DNA of 59,447 nt, the filler included, from Sphacelaria rigidula (taxonomy: Eukaryota), in the NCBI GenBank assembly GCA_964200075.2. It is 7 parts of 7 records of this genome, joined end to end, with 100 filler letters (N's around TTAATTAATTAA, not from the genome) between each part and the next. Parts side by side here need not be neighbours in the genome. Positions count along the whole stretch, not along the records: positions 1 to 8,408 come from CAXNAA020011246.1; positions 8,509 to 16,915 come from CAXNAA020011247.1; 5 more parts are not named here. The stretch is one strand, 5' to 3'. The notes under the pieces were generated by a model, which did no database searches, was not told the origin of the DNA, and was given only the letters and a program-made list of their open reading frames with translations. Made by a program: the position numbers and the translations under genes. Within the stretch, counting starts at the first letter, position 1, and every line of letters starts with the position of its first letter. Below, one piece after another: positions 1-11,988 of this stretch.

Positions 1-97
1 CATATTTCGAAGATTTAGTGTCGATTCGAAGATTATAATCCTCCGGGTTCTCATCCTCAATGAAAATCTCAATCCTCAATTTCGATGATCGGCTGTT
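1..97. repeat. Arm fragment of dispersed fold-back family Y
   Basis: Matches 31148-31250 and 57860-57963 (…tcaatttcgatgatcggctgtt) and, inverted, 30551-30650 and 57531-57622; followed by (TA)n. Confidence 0.8.
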
Positions 98-1679
98 TAT
101 ATATATATATATTATGTCGAATGTATCATGTCCTGACTCTGACTCTTGTGGAGGTCCCGACTTTAGGCACAAGTAAATGTACAATCCGTATAATGTCGTA
201 CCTATTATGCCGTGGCGTGATTCTCATCTTCTCGCCGAAAGTCCGTTGGTTCTTAAGGCGCAACCTGCATGATGGGTTACATGCCCATGACAACTTCCAT
301 GTGTGTTTATTGTAGAGGGTTTACGAGTACAGAGCTATGTATACATTTGTACATCATAATGTACTGCAGCTCCACCTCAAGTTCTGCTACGTGAAAATTA
401 TCGTACACAGTCAACGATGGCACGCAGGTTGCGCCCGCATCCATCTCATTGCACAGCAAACTGCCGCAAGGCCAACTGTCTGTATGGTATTATTCACACC
501 TCACCCACTGGCGTCTTCATGGTGTCTACTCTGTATGTATGTAGCTACCGTAACAGTTTCCCCGACATCACAACAATATTCCATTCTTGAAGCGCTTCCT
601 ACATCCATGCATATTATATATGCACACCCATGCAGTTTTTTTGTCAGGAAACTCAACTTTCCCCGAACGTGTCTTTTCGTTTTTCTTCCCATTGCGCTTT
701 TTTGCGTGTTGTCACAGAGCTATGTATGGGAAAGATAATATTTCATGATGAGAAGATGGTGATTAGCGTTCGATACACGGTTATATACTCAGCTTGAGTC
801 TCTCCATTCTACAGTGATATGACCATCACCGATTGATGTACGACTGTCTCCCGAGCTTGAGCCTCTCTATTATTCTCTACGACGACGAGGCGTTGAAGCA
901 CACCCGACGTTGTATCTCCGCATCTCGGACAAATTAGTCCAAGATTCTACGACGTTCCAGAATCGACGGTAAAACATTCGTTGTTGCGCCGAGGAAGAAA
1001 AGGGCTTGGGGGGCAGGGAAGAAATATTACGTGTGATCGTACCTGTAAATTCGCTGCAACCCGATCCACATTATTGTGCATTGCGTTTGCCCGGGGGCTG
1101 CAGGGGGGGTATATCTTCGGCACAAAGATGAATCGACATGGCTGGCGGCACACCGCTCGAACGCTAGTATTTATCCCACGAGAGCTATCTCAAACTCGAG
1201 GTTTCCAGCATATTAATATTTTTGTTGAATATTCCGGAAGCTTGATTTTGAGATACCTCACCTGATACATGATGATCTTTTTCAGGGCTGTTAGCCTCTC
1301 GACAACAAGTTGATTCCTCGGGTATCATACCTGCCGATTCCTCACAGCGTAGTGCAATTTGCCGAACAATGTGATGTGCCCCTTTTTTGTTCTGTAAATC
1401 AAACGTAGTTGATGCCAACGTTTTTTGTTGATCGACATGTCCGTCTCGCGTTTATCCTGAGCTGAAAAAAACTTCGCGTCCATATTTCGTGAGCATACGA
1501 CGCAGTGAGCCTTCGCATGTGAGTTGCAAAAACACTTGCTGATATATGCACTTGATGACTGCAAGTGATGTGAATCTCAACCGAATGCTGTGCCCGATTT
1601 GGTTTCACGACAAGAGTGCTCGAGGTGTGTTAAGCTCAGGCAAGCTCGAGTTCGAGATACCTCTATTCTTATGTCATCA

Positions 1680-2422
1680 TGTGGAAGTCGTGAGACTCCC
1701 GGTGACGGCAGATCCCTGTTACCTTAGAGTCCCAGATCCGGCTGTACAGATATGGAAGTTTCGGGGCCCCTGCGAACTTACCCCTGCAACAGCCGTTCAC
1801 TAGGTTACACGTCATAAAAGGAAATCTCTCCGCACCTGCCCAAATGGCGATCTCCACATCACCCCCCCTTTGATGCGCCGCGAGGCCATCTGTGAATGCT
1901 CGTGGCGGGCATTCGGGAGAATGATAATATTTGGGAGTCTAATTTGTATGTGCTCCTGAGATACTTTTATAGTAGCCTTGAGCTGAACGCGTCATATCCT
2001 CTATACTGGGTGTTGAGAAACCCTAACCAATAAATTTTATCGCTGGTTCGCCAATGTGGAAGTCGTGAGACTCCCGGTGACGGCAGAAACCGTCGAAGGT
2101 GGCCGATGATTTCCCTCGGGTTATGTAGTCAAGGATTGACCGTAAGTCGTGGGGGGTTGAGGCAAAGGGGATCACTCGGGAAAGCTCGACGAGCGCGAGC
2201 GAGTTAGCCCGATGACGAAGTCTGAGAGTCTTGGTCAAGAGTGATCCCCAGGGATAGCCAGCAGTTCGCTGGGAAGATCCCTGTTACCTTAGAGTCCCAG
2301 ATCCGGCTGTACAGATATGGAAGTTTCGGGGCTCCTGCGAACTTACCCCTGTAACAGCCGTTCACAGGTTACACGTCATAAAAGGAAATCTCTCCGCACC
2401 TGCCCAAATGGCGATCTCCACA
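1680..2422 (-). mobile_element. TRIM-like non-autonomous LTR retroelement: 5' LTR 2055-2422, internal 1859-2054, internally deleted 3' LTR 1680-1858
   Basis: Both repeats run TGTGGA…TCCACA and are near-identical. 4-bp TSD ATCA at 1676-1679 and 2423-2426. On the minus strand a PBS-like TGGCGAACCAG lies at 2043-2053 and a G-rich PPT next to the other LTR at ~1859-1872. No coding capacity. Confidence 0.85.
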
Positions 2423-2708
2423 ATCACCATATTATGCATATGCGCATACAATGCAATTCGCCGCTTTTCCTTGCCGTTTGAAGAACTGGATATTATGGTT
2501 TTCCGGATCTGCCTGAACAAGAGCAGCTTCGAGGGGTCAGCCGTATTTCCCGAGAATAGCATGCACGCAGAGTTGACGCATTGGCGTAGCAAAATGCCAG
2601 CGGCTTAGATCATCAATCGTATTCGTGAAATCTGGGGTCAACGACGAACCCTCCAGCCACTGAGTCAGGCGGTTCCTCTCGTGCGGGCAACCGGCGACGA
2701 ATTGTTGC

Positions 2709-4614
2709 GTGATCAATCACGCAAGTAATTACATCCGCACAGACGTCACGGCGATCGAAAGCATCATGAACTTGGGGAAACCGAACCCGCACCGTAAACT
2801 GCTCAATAGACTGCTTTTCTCAGAGGACATCCGCAGGGACATTTTCACCCTTGATGAGCGCACGGCAAGCCGCTTCGTAGAGGGCCTCCAGCAACATGAA
2901 AGTCCTATGGACCCACTATTCATGATCCGCCGCCACAAAGACAAAAGCATGGTGCGAAGTATTTTCACGATCGGAAGCTCGTCAAGCTTCATGGATCGCG
3001 TCGTCGTCCCATTCTTGGGGTGGCTGGGCCAGGACGCTTTGTCCAAGGGCACTTGCAAACAGTGCCAACAGGCGATTGTCAACGACCTCGCGCGCGCCCC
3101 GGGTTTGCTTGAGGCCTTGCTCGACGCTCTGAGAAGTGATGAGATATCGGACGAGGCCGCGTTGCTATGGTTCATAGAGAGGCTGCTGCTGGACGATGAT
3201 CAAGACGGCGTGGAAGCCAGAAAAAGTGAGCTGCATGTTGACCTCGTAAAACGTCTAGCGTATAGCCGTACCCCATCCGTGAAGGCTCAGGCTATGGTTC
3301 TCGTCAACGGAATCTTGGACCCCGCGGCTGGTGGGAAAAGTAGTGATGGCGCTGGCGAGAGTGTGGCGACCATGACGACCCTTACGCTCGGTGGTGATAG
3401 CAGCAACGGCAGATCCGTGGACGCCATTCGCGAGGCTCTACCCGGGGGGCGTCACAGCAACGACCACGCCGACTTTCGTTCGATCGGCATCGTCCCGACG
3501 GTGGATGAGATCATGTGTAACACCATTCCATTTTTACCGACACCAGCGGACGCGCAATATCCCCATCTAGAGCGCCAATTTCGCCTGTTGCGCCACGACA
3601 TGGTGGCCAGTGTTATCGAAGCTGTTACCGCCCTGGCATCCATGAAGAAACGCGGAAGCGAAGACGATGGCGGGAAGGATAAAATTACTGGCGGCGGCGG
3701 GGGCGGGAGAAGTGGGCCTCGAACGCTGATTTTGCCGGGCGCAAAGCGCGGTTCGGTTGTGGTCGGGGATCGCGATCGCTCGGTATCTGTAATTGTGCAT
3801 TTCGACTGGCCGCGTGATCACCCTTTATCCCGCATGGGGTCTGGTAAAAAACGGATCGAGTACCTTCAGCCAGCCAAAGGCGGTGGGGGTGGGCGCGTGG
3901 GCGGGGCAGGCCGCAATCTTCTCAAGCGAGAATCTTTGGTGGTACTTGCAGACAACAATCTCCAGCCCATGCTTCTCGGTAGAATAGCGACCCGAGACGC
4001 GGAGTGGCTTGCCGGCGGGGTTACCGTGGCTGGAGCACCGCGCGACCGTGAAGCGAAAGAGGGGTCGGATAACGATGCCGAGAATAGTGATGCAAAAGGT
4101 AAAAAAAATAAGAGCCTCAACTGGTGGAACAGGCAGGGAATGCGCCCCGCGGTGGGGCTGTCGTTTTTCAGCCGCCAAGACATCGTGACCGTTTTACAGC
4201 TGTCAAAAACCGACGCTTGGGGTTGCCTCATCCCTCTGAACGTCGGCATTTTCAGCTACGAGCCGGTGCTAAAACAAATGCAGGTCATGTCAGGCGTTCC
4301 CATGGGAGATATCTTGGTCGATTGGTCCCCGCCACAACACGACAGTGAGAGTCGCGGCGGCAGCGATGGTAAGGAGGAAGAGTACCACGATGTGCCAAGG
4401 CCAGCGTATAAGGAGTGCGAATCAGCGACGATCGAAGCTGTGGCAACAAGGTTTGCTCCCAGCAAGGCGGATGTGGAGAAACAGCAACCTCTCGTACTAA
4501 CCGAGCCATTACGCGGAGTAACACTTCCTGCCAGGTGCGAGTTTGACATCAGTCAGCGCACCGCCGTGGCGAATGTGCTTCGTCAACGTGTCAGCCTTGT
4601 GCAAGGTCCACCAG
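2709..4614 (+). CDS. ZNFX1: ZNFX1-like (NFX1-type/UPF1-like SF1) RNA helicase, large exon; true 5' boundary uncertain
   Basis: Motifs GGRHSNDHADFRSIGIVPTVDE and HLERQFRLLRHDM are typical of the ZNFX1 N-terminal region; DISQRTAV…VSLVQGPPG ends at donor CCAG|GTATGT (4614/4615). Confidence 0.85.
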
Positions 4615-5201
4615 GTATGTGTTTGTTTATATTATTCATGACCTTGTGGAACTTGAGGTTCTTCTTTGATATGTTGCAACGCACTCGCAGCAACATAGCA
4701 ACATGGATCGGTTCGATGCCTTCGTTGTGATGGATTCGCCGCATTTACTGAGGAAGGGTGCAGGCTTCATTAATGCATGGCACTTGAGTTTGAGAGAGCC
4801 TCCAGAATACCCCGACGTCTATTTTGGCGCAAATAATACTGATTTGTGTCAAAACTCCTGATAAAGGGTGCTACGACAAGTACTGTACTTTTTGCTATCT
4901 CGGGTGCTCCTTCGTTAGGCAACAACAACATTGCGCATTCACCATGGTCTCCACGCGTTGTTCACCTCATGCCTGGCCACTTCATCAACCTGTCACCCTC
5001 CCGTCCCCTGCTCCCTTGCAAGAGAAGGGTGAAGCACGAAAGTAGTGAAACACGCCACGGTTAAAACCGCAGTCTCGTCAGGAACGATTGATGGAGTCAC
5101 AGCAATGCTTGTGTGCGAAATGTCGTGCATGCGTAAAATATCAATCCGCTGTATGCTAAACTATTCAACTATCAATGCTACACTATTAATAGAAAGTGAT
5201 A

Positions 5202-5281
5202 CTCGAAAAGGATGCTTGGTCAATGGTCAAATGACTAACTTGAAAGGCAAAAAACATATGCGTACCCCCCCCCCCCCCCCC
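5202..5281 (+). mobile_element. 3' terminal fragment of LINE family ending in poly(C)
   Basis: ctcgaaaaggatgcttggtcaatggtcaaatgact…atgcgta then a C run; similar to 51732-51800 and 14111-14190. Confidence 0.65.
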
Positions 5282-5304
5282 ACCATCCCCTCCCACCCCT
5301 CCCC

Positions 5305-5555
5305 GAGTGATGCTGCGGTAGGGGTGCACAAATATTTTCTGAGGTTAGAGTTGTTACCTTCATCTAATCCAAAACACGACTTATGAAATATGCGAGTGTA
5401 TGCCAGTATTACTCCTCGAATGTGCTGGACATATCCCGAATGAAACTGCAAATGGGGATACCCTGATCCATATTCTTGTGCATCTAGAACCGTAAGGAGC
5501 CCCTGAACCAGACAAGATTTTGCGCAAAAAGTGCACCCCTACCGTAGCATTGCTC
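5305..5555 (-). mobile_element. ~250-bp MITE family W (GAG…CTC ends, Sola-like), intronic
   Basis: ~25-bp TIR GAG(T/C)(G/A)ATGCT(G/A)CGGTAGGGGTGCAC; CCCC on both flanks; homologous copies at 25170, 30883 and 48410. Confidence 0.85.
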
Positions 5556-5668
5556 CCCCGGCCCCCCGGCCCTCTCCCTTCCCGGGACCGCCCGTCGCCG
5601 TTGATGTGCGGCTGTTGACGTCGCCTTGAAATGAATATGCATGGTGTGCTTTTCGTTGGTGAATACAG

Positions 5669-6105
5669 GGACGGGAAAGACGTTCCTCGGGGTATTGCTG
5701 GCGCAGACTATCCTGTCATACACGTCGGAAAGGATTATTTGCGTGTGCTACACCAACCATGCCCTGGATTCCTTTCTCGAGGACATGATGTCAAAAGGAG
5801 TAAAGGACATCGTGCGCATCGGCGGCGGCAGCAAGAACCCCAAGCTGGACCGGTGTCAGCTCAGAAATTTCCCGTCCACGGGATTTGATACCGCCCAAAG
5901 TCGCCAGTATGCCCGCCTGAAACAGACAATCGTTGACGCACAAGAGGCGATCGACCGTGCCGAGCGGGGCCTGAACCGCAAACCGAGCAAGCTGGAATTG
6001 GTGGAGTGGCTAGAGGACGAGGACCAAGATGCCTTCTACGAGTTGGATGTGTCTGCGGGGCTGCAAGCAAGTCGCAACGAGGGCGAAACCATGGTCGGGA
6101 GAAAG
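5669..6105 (+). CDS. ZNFX1: ZNFX1-like helicase, next exon (Walker A completion, motif Ia)
   Basis: Acceptor TACAG|GG restores QGPPG-TGKT in phase 1; then ICVCYTNHALDSFLE and IVRIGGGSK; donor AAG|GTAAGG at 6105/6106. Later helicase motifs were not found on this contig. Confidence 0.88.
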
Positions 6106-6453
6106 GTAAGGGCCCTCGGGGATTGGGAGGAGCATAATGGAGTCGTGAAGAAACCCTCACACGCATGTTGTGGAGGCGCGAGGGAAGGATCTTGTCATAG
6201 GTAGGCACGGGCGCGGATGAATTTTGCGAGGTTGCTACTGAGCCTCTGGATCGTGTTTAGGTAACGCGTGGGTGGCTGAGAAAATCTCTGAGAAAATCTC
6301 TTCAGTGATCACACCCGTTCTGCCGGTGGTTCGGCCACGCACTCAGCGCTTTCACAGCTCCTCAGGTTGAAATCATATACAAATCCGTGCCCTCGTTGTT
6401 GTTATGGCAGGGCTAAATGTGGCATTAAGATAAATATATCAATGCCTCAAGAG

Positions 6454-6990
6454 AACCACTGAGCCACCCAGTCACCGCTGACTGAGAGACGCAGTGGTTA
6501 TTGTTGTGACGACGTTAAACTGAACAGTGCCGTTTGTCTCCTGGGTTACCATCCCTATGATCAACGCTGCTAGCATGTGGGGTTTATTGTGCTTATTCTG
6601 GCCTGGCGCGTTTGCACGGGGTCACCGCGCTGTGCTCGTCTAGATTTACTTGCCATAAAGGAATTAGCGAGAAAGGATCGTGGGAAGAATCGAATCCCGA
6701 GACTAGCTGCTGTCAACAGATGTATCTCAAACTCGGCTCCCGGTATCCTGGTTTATTCGCTGGCTCTGAGTTGTGTGCTATTTTTTCAAGTGAAAGTGAT
6801 CGCGATTCATAGGGGGACCTGACCTGGCGGTCAAAGGATCTCATCATCTGATGAACCGCCATCACTTTCACTTGAAAAAATGGAATAAAACAAACCAGGA
6901 TACCGGGAGCCGAGTAAGAGATACCTCTAACATGTCGCAATAACCACTGAGGCTTGAGTCAGCGATGACTGAGTGGCTCAGTGGTTATTG
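6454..6990. repeat. Fold-back element: ~50-bp outer inverted arms and an inner hairpin 6718-6928
   Basis: aaccactgagccacccagtcaccgctgact… pairs with …agtcagcgatgactgagtggctcagtggtt; actcggctcccggtatcctggttt pairs with aaaccaggataccgggagccgagt; ttttttcaagtgaaagtgat pairs with atcactttcacttgaaaaaa. Confidence 0.8.
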
Positions 6991-7469
6991 TGACATCTTA
7001 ACAATAGAATCCAAATACAAAATGCTTTATTTTTCGCAATGACCAATCAGTTTGCTGCTTTTACCTTTGTCATACATACTCGTACTTCTCCTGCCTACCG
7101 GCATATATGTATTTATGTTTACATATTAAAAATCGTGAACTACTAGTACCCTTCCGCTACCGTCTGAAACCAGTGGCGGAATTGCCATATAAAGTGCAAG
7201 TACTTCACAATAGTATATATATATATATATATATATATTTACACGCACAAATATATGTGTGGGTGCAGCTCCCGTTCGGTACGGCCAAAAAGAGAGTGGA
7301 ACTTCTTCGCAAAGAGCAAGTCACACGTTGGCGCATGATTCCGGGCGTTGCAAGGCATTGTAATGAGCCTCTCCGCACGGCTCCTCCCACCTGACACGCG
7401 GTTGGTTGTTGCGCACTACACTCGTGGTGTGTTCTTGGCAATTATCAATGTTGGAAATCGAACGAAAAA

Positions 7470-7582
7470 AATGTTCGATACGATAATTCAAAATATCGAC
7501 GAAAAAGTATCGACAACGGTTTTTTTCGATAGTCGGAAAATGACGCGATACGTATCGAGTATCGAGTATCGACACGATACAG
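7470..7582. repeat. CGATA/TATCG-rich subterminal-type repeat cluster
   Basis: Many TATCGA/CGATAC motifs in both orientations; similar cluster at 17868-18018. Confidence 0.5.
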
Positions 7583-8408
7583 CCACAGTTGCAAGACTTC
7601 ACGGTACTACTCTCGAAAACTAGAAACCTAACCTGAAGTGGGGTGCACGCCTGATTGTGTGGAGGTAGGTACAGCAGCAGAAGTGTGTGATTTGTTATCG
7701 AACATCATAGAAGTGGCGGCATAACACGCGACGTGATGCTTCCGTCTGACAAAAATCGTTCTTCATCGTGCAAGGCAGGAAGCAAAAGAGGCAGTTGATC
7801 ACAACGCCAGGTTCGATGCGTGATGCATAGTGTTGTTGAAGCTGGTGATGCACAAACTCCATTCCGCGGCCACTTTTCTATAATGCTTCGATCGAATCAG
7901 AGCATTCACCTTGAATCTGCGCACTGCCCACTGCGAGCAGCACTCCTCATTATGCAATAACAAACGCGCCAAACCTCGAACCTGCATGATAAATGCTGAT
8001 GCGCGCTCGTTTTTCTATTATCCAAACTAAACAAGGGAACACGTCTGCATACGTCCAACTTTTTCATTGGTGGATGCTCAACAAAGTATAAACTCCAGAC
8101 CCCTAAACACCAAGGCAAGGTACCTCAAAAGCTTACAGAAAACAAATGGGTATGATGGGAAATGGAAATGACCGTCTACCCTCACACGCGCAACTCTGCC
8201 GCCGACATGAGAGATTTACAAGGCATCCATGATACTCGTTCACCCCCTTCCTGATGTCTGCACATGCGATACCGCTAAACTACCAACTGCAACGTGCCAC
8301 CACTGTGTGGTGGGTGGTGGGGTGGAGGGCGGTAAGGGCTGAATCTCGTACTCAGCGCGCGGGTCTGTATGAAATAGAGGTCGTGGACCTGTGTTGTTTT
8401 TGATTCTC

Positions 8409-8508
8409 NNNNNNNNNNNNNNNNNNNNNNNNNNNNNNNNNNNNNNNNNNNNTTAATTAATTAANNNNNNNNNNNNNNNNNNNNNNNNNNNNNNNNNNNN
8501 NNNNNNNN
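8409..8508. other. Artificial contig linker N44-TTAATTAATTAA-N44
   Basis: Six-frame stop linker, identical at six positions. Confidence 0.98.
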
Positions 8509-9254
8509 ACGAGTTATGGGCTGAAATGTTACAGGAGTGCCCGGGACGGAATTGCCCACCACCCGGTTGAACTTACATTCGTTACCTTTTATTTAACACG
8601 GAGTCATGGCGATTTTCTTGTTTTCGTATAAACTTCAAGTCGCTCAAACTTTTTTATTATTATTTTTTTTCAAGTGTATATACAGGCACTGGTCCTGTCC
8701 GGACTGGTGATGAAGATGTTGTGTCAAATTTCAGCGCCAAAATCTTCGAATTACCGCCTGCCGGCCCTTTCCGCTGTTTCGTTATCCTCACAGCTGGACC
8801 AGCTCGTATAAAGCAGCAGATGCTGTGAACGGCCACACCAAGATCTCCAAAAGTACTCCCAGCACGAGGATTTCCCCTCCACACACACACTTTGAACCCC
8901 TGCCCTTCCTCGGGACGAGCCGGTGGTCTCAAGGGATCAACCAACCCATCTATCTCTCCCGCGGTAGAGTACACGCCCTACCTTGCACGTTCGTGTCGCG
9001 GATTGGGTCAGCAGTCTCGCACCGCGTCAACTCTCGTCAAACAAACTCGGTCAACTACTTTTGGTTTACTCACGTACTCACGCTTTCGACGGTGGAAATC
9101 AGATGCTTGGAAGAAAAAAACGAACGCATCGGGAATCGAACTCACGTTCTCTCCACCCTAATGGCGACAGTCGAACCATTTTAATTCACATCACCGGGGC
9201 GCAGCGGCATGGACAATATCTTATAACAAAATAATATAACGGTCCAGCGTTCAC

Positions 9255-11988
9255 CTTCCTCTCGTGTATCTTGAGAGCGTCTCGCTGTCGCTGCTGAGAG
9301 AGGCGCTCTTTCTCCACCTCGTCCCGAAGCTTATCCATCAGGCCCTGAACAGCGGTTTCCTTGGCCTGAACAAAAGGGTAGAGGGAAACACGACACCACA
9401 TCTCATCCTTGGCAGAAACCACTTTTGTTTCAGACATGCAGTGGGGAGATCTTGCTCGTGTACAACAAGTCCTTAGGCCTCGCAAAGGGATGTGATGTGA
9501 CGTGCGGTTGGGTTACCGGACGTGCCGCACCAAATATCAAACACTTTGTCAGCGTGACAATAATCCACCCATAATGACGGGAAGGAGCATGTCCATGTCA
9601 CATATGAGGGAAGTGGGTTGGGTGGTATCAGAGATGGATGGCATAATGCGGGTTTTGGTACTACGGACATCAAATAAATATTCTTCACCTTTACTCTGTG
9701 CTCGCTTTGTTTCAGCTGTGACGCAAGGTTGGCGTTTTTCGTCTTGAGTCTACGTGTTTCTTTCGCCAGCTTCTCCTGCAACCGCCCTTTTTCCTCCTGT
9801 AATAGCGGTCACAGCGAGCGAGAGACGAGAAATGTACAAGACGGAAAGCAGCCAATCGATCTGATCATTATCGTACATGGTTACAAGATGCCACATGCGT
9901 AGCAGCAGCAGCAACCACGACTGCTAAGCTTTGATGGTCGTAAGATGGTTGTAAGAGCAGCAACCACGACTGCTAAGCTTTGATGGTTGTAAGATGGTTG
10001 TAAGAGCTCTCGTTCTGAGCATACCTTAATCCTTTCACGAAGGACGAAAACGTGGGTCGCAGGTTTCCATACATTTCATACCTCTAGCTCAGCCACCCGC
10101 GCTTCGGCTCCTGCTGAGCGCTTGGACAAGTCGGTCCGCTCACGCCGGAAGGAATCGTTCAATACTTGGTCGCGGTGCTCTGTGACCTGCTTGTATCTGC
10201 TCACTTCCACCGACAAATCCTGGATAATCTAGACGACCATGGCAGGGATTGTACAGCGGTAGCCACGGAAGTCTTGAGAGCTCGCTCTCATGAGCCGGTT
10301 GTAGAGAACACAATACTACCGACATCGGGAATACGCAGCAAAATAACAAGTGGCCAAGGACCGTGCATCTCTGTGGGGGTACAAGTGCTACGATAGATGA
10401 CTTGTCCGTTCGGGACAATCGAACGATTACGTACAGGCCGCCTGCCATTATCTCAATCGCCATCTTACAAGCTAATAAAAAATTCTCCGAGGGTCCGTTG
10501 CCTCTCAGCATAGCCAAATCGATAACCCATATCCGTCGACCATGGCCCCCAGTTTTTTAAAACCCGGCCGAACGACGACTGACTACGAATCACAAACTAC
10601 CACATAACCAGAAGATCGGCCTCGCTCACTCCAATAAAAAGTGTGCCCAAGGTGGGGGTAGGAAGTCTGTCTGTCCACTGTCAGCCGTACAGTCATACCT
10701 TCCCTCTTTCACTATGATGGAACAGAACATCCCGAAGTGTATCTGCCAAGTCAGTCAGGTCCGGCACCACAAGCGATCCTCCAGGCCGCGACAGCGTCAC
10801 CTGGGGAAATCCCTGTTCCCGCAGTGTCTGTGCCACAAGTCATCATCCAGAACAGTGCAAACGGTGGCTCGTGAGTTGACAGGGCAAGGTGGATACGCTG
10901 AGGAATTGCACGCCATCAGGCTTGCTGTTGCGCTGGGTTCGTGCTCAAACATACCAGTCCTTACGCAGAGTACGGGAGCAACCTTCAAGTGAAGAACAAA
11001 CTCAGCACGCCATCTGCTGTCTGGTGTATAATATGCGCATCTCCCGAGACTAGAGTTAGAATTACCCTAGACTTGCCACAGCCCGGCATGTACAACACAG
11101 AGAAGTAGCGAGTGCGATGCTGACCAAACCGATCGTCGCGACAAGTGATGGAACAAATAACAGATTGTTAATAGGTTGTCAGGCTAGCCTACGTTGTTCG
11201 CTTGTTACTGTACCTTGTTGAGTGCGTCCCACTGGTTCTCCTCAGGTTCTCCCCCCATTCTACCGAGAGAATTGCTGCGCGCAAAGAGCGCACTTCCTCG
11301 CTCTGCCGAGCTTTCAAGACTCTCTGGCGGTTGGTGCACACGTAGCTTGGCGTTCTTTCCGGGACCCTCGTCATCAGCGTCCTCTTCTCCATCCTGCTTG
11401 CCAACACAATCATTCATCATGCGGGAGGGACCACTGTTGGATTTTCACTATAAATCAGTATGACACGGGCGTGATAGCCGGGAATTTGCCGCGCACAGAC
11501 ATGTATGGCGGTCATGAACACCCCTGTGACGCCGCTTGGGCTGGTAATGTAGGTAAGTTAGAGATTCAACCGCAGCGGAAGGAAGGTGTGCGAGCTGGTC
11601 TGCTTTAGGGAGGGCGATACGTTTTTGGCAACGTTTCCCCGTTACGATGTGGATCTTCAATAGAGTGTATTGATGTGAAAGCACACAGCGCCAATGGCAG
11701 GAGCAATATCACAGTACAAAGTTGCAGACGCTCATCGTTCTCACCTCTCGAAGCATCTCTTGGCTAGCCGGTATGACGACGCTTGCCGGGCGACGGAACG
11801 TATGTGCCAGTTTGGTGCTACCCCTGATCTCTCCTTCGTACCCGCAGCGATCCGCTTCCACCTCGCCAGCTGTTTCTGTAGCAGTAACCGAGGGCTGCAT
11901 TTGCCCTCCTTCGGACGAGACATCGCTAGCGTCCGCACTGGCAAGGAGGGCAGCCTCGGCGTCAAGCCCGTCCGACCGAGGGGATCGC
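9255..11988 (-). CDS. CEP70: CEP70-like coiled-coil centrosomal protein, partial; exons 11988-11745, 11393-11214, 10827-10699, 10228-10082, 9796-9689, 9365-9255
   Basis: All exons have AG/GT borders and join in frame (244, 180, 129, 147, 108, 111 nt). Spliced peptide EENQWDALNKTLREQGFPQV…LADTLRDVLFHHSERGKIIQDL…LKQSEHRVKAKETAVQGLMDKL resembles the CEP70 N-terminus (W-x-x-I/L-N-x-x-L-x-x-x-G; IQE/DL) followed by a coiled coil. Confidence 0.65.
9906..10006. repeat. Intronic tandem repeat, ~49 bp x2
   Basis: agcagcaaccacgactgctaagctttgatggt(c/t)gtaagatggttgtaag occurs twice. Confidence 0.9.

Noticed and set aside
4615..4730. C-terminus of the 673-aa ORF (MCLFILF…)
   Set aside because: Intron read-through after the GT donor; the Walker A motif continues at 5669
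8453..8464. TTAATTAATTAA recurring every ~8.5 kb as a biological periodic motif
   Set aside because: It is embedded in N runs and is a synthetic six-frame stop linker
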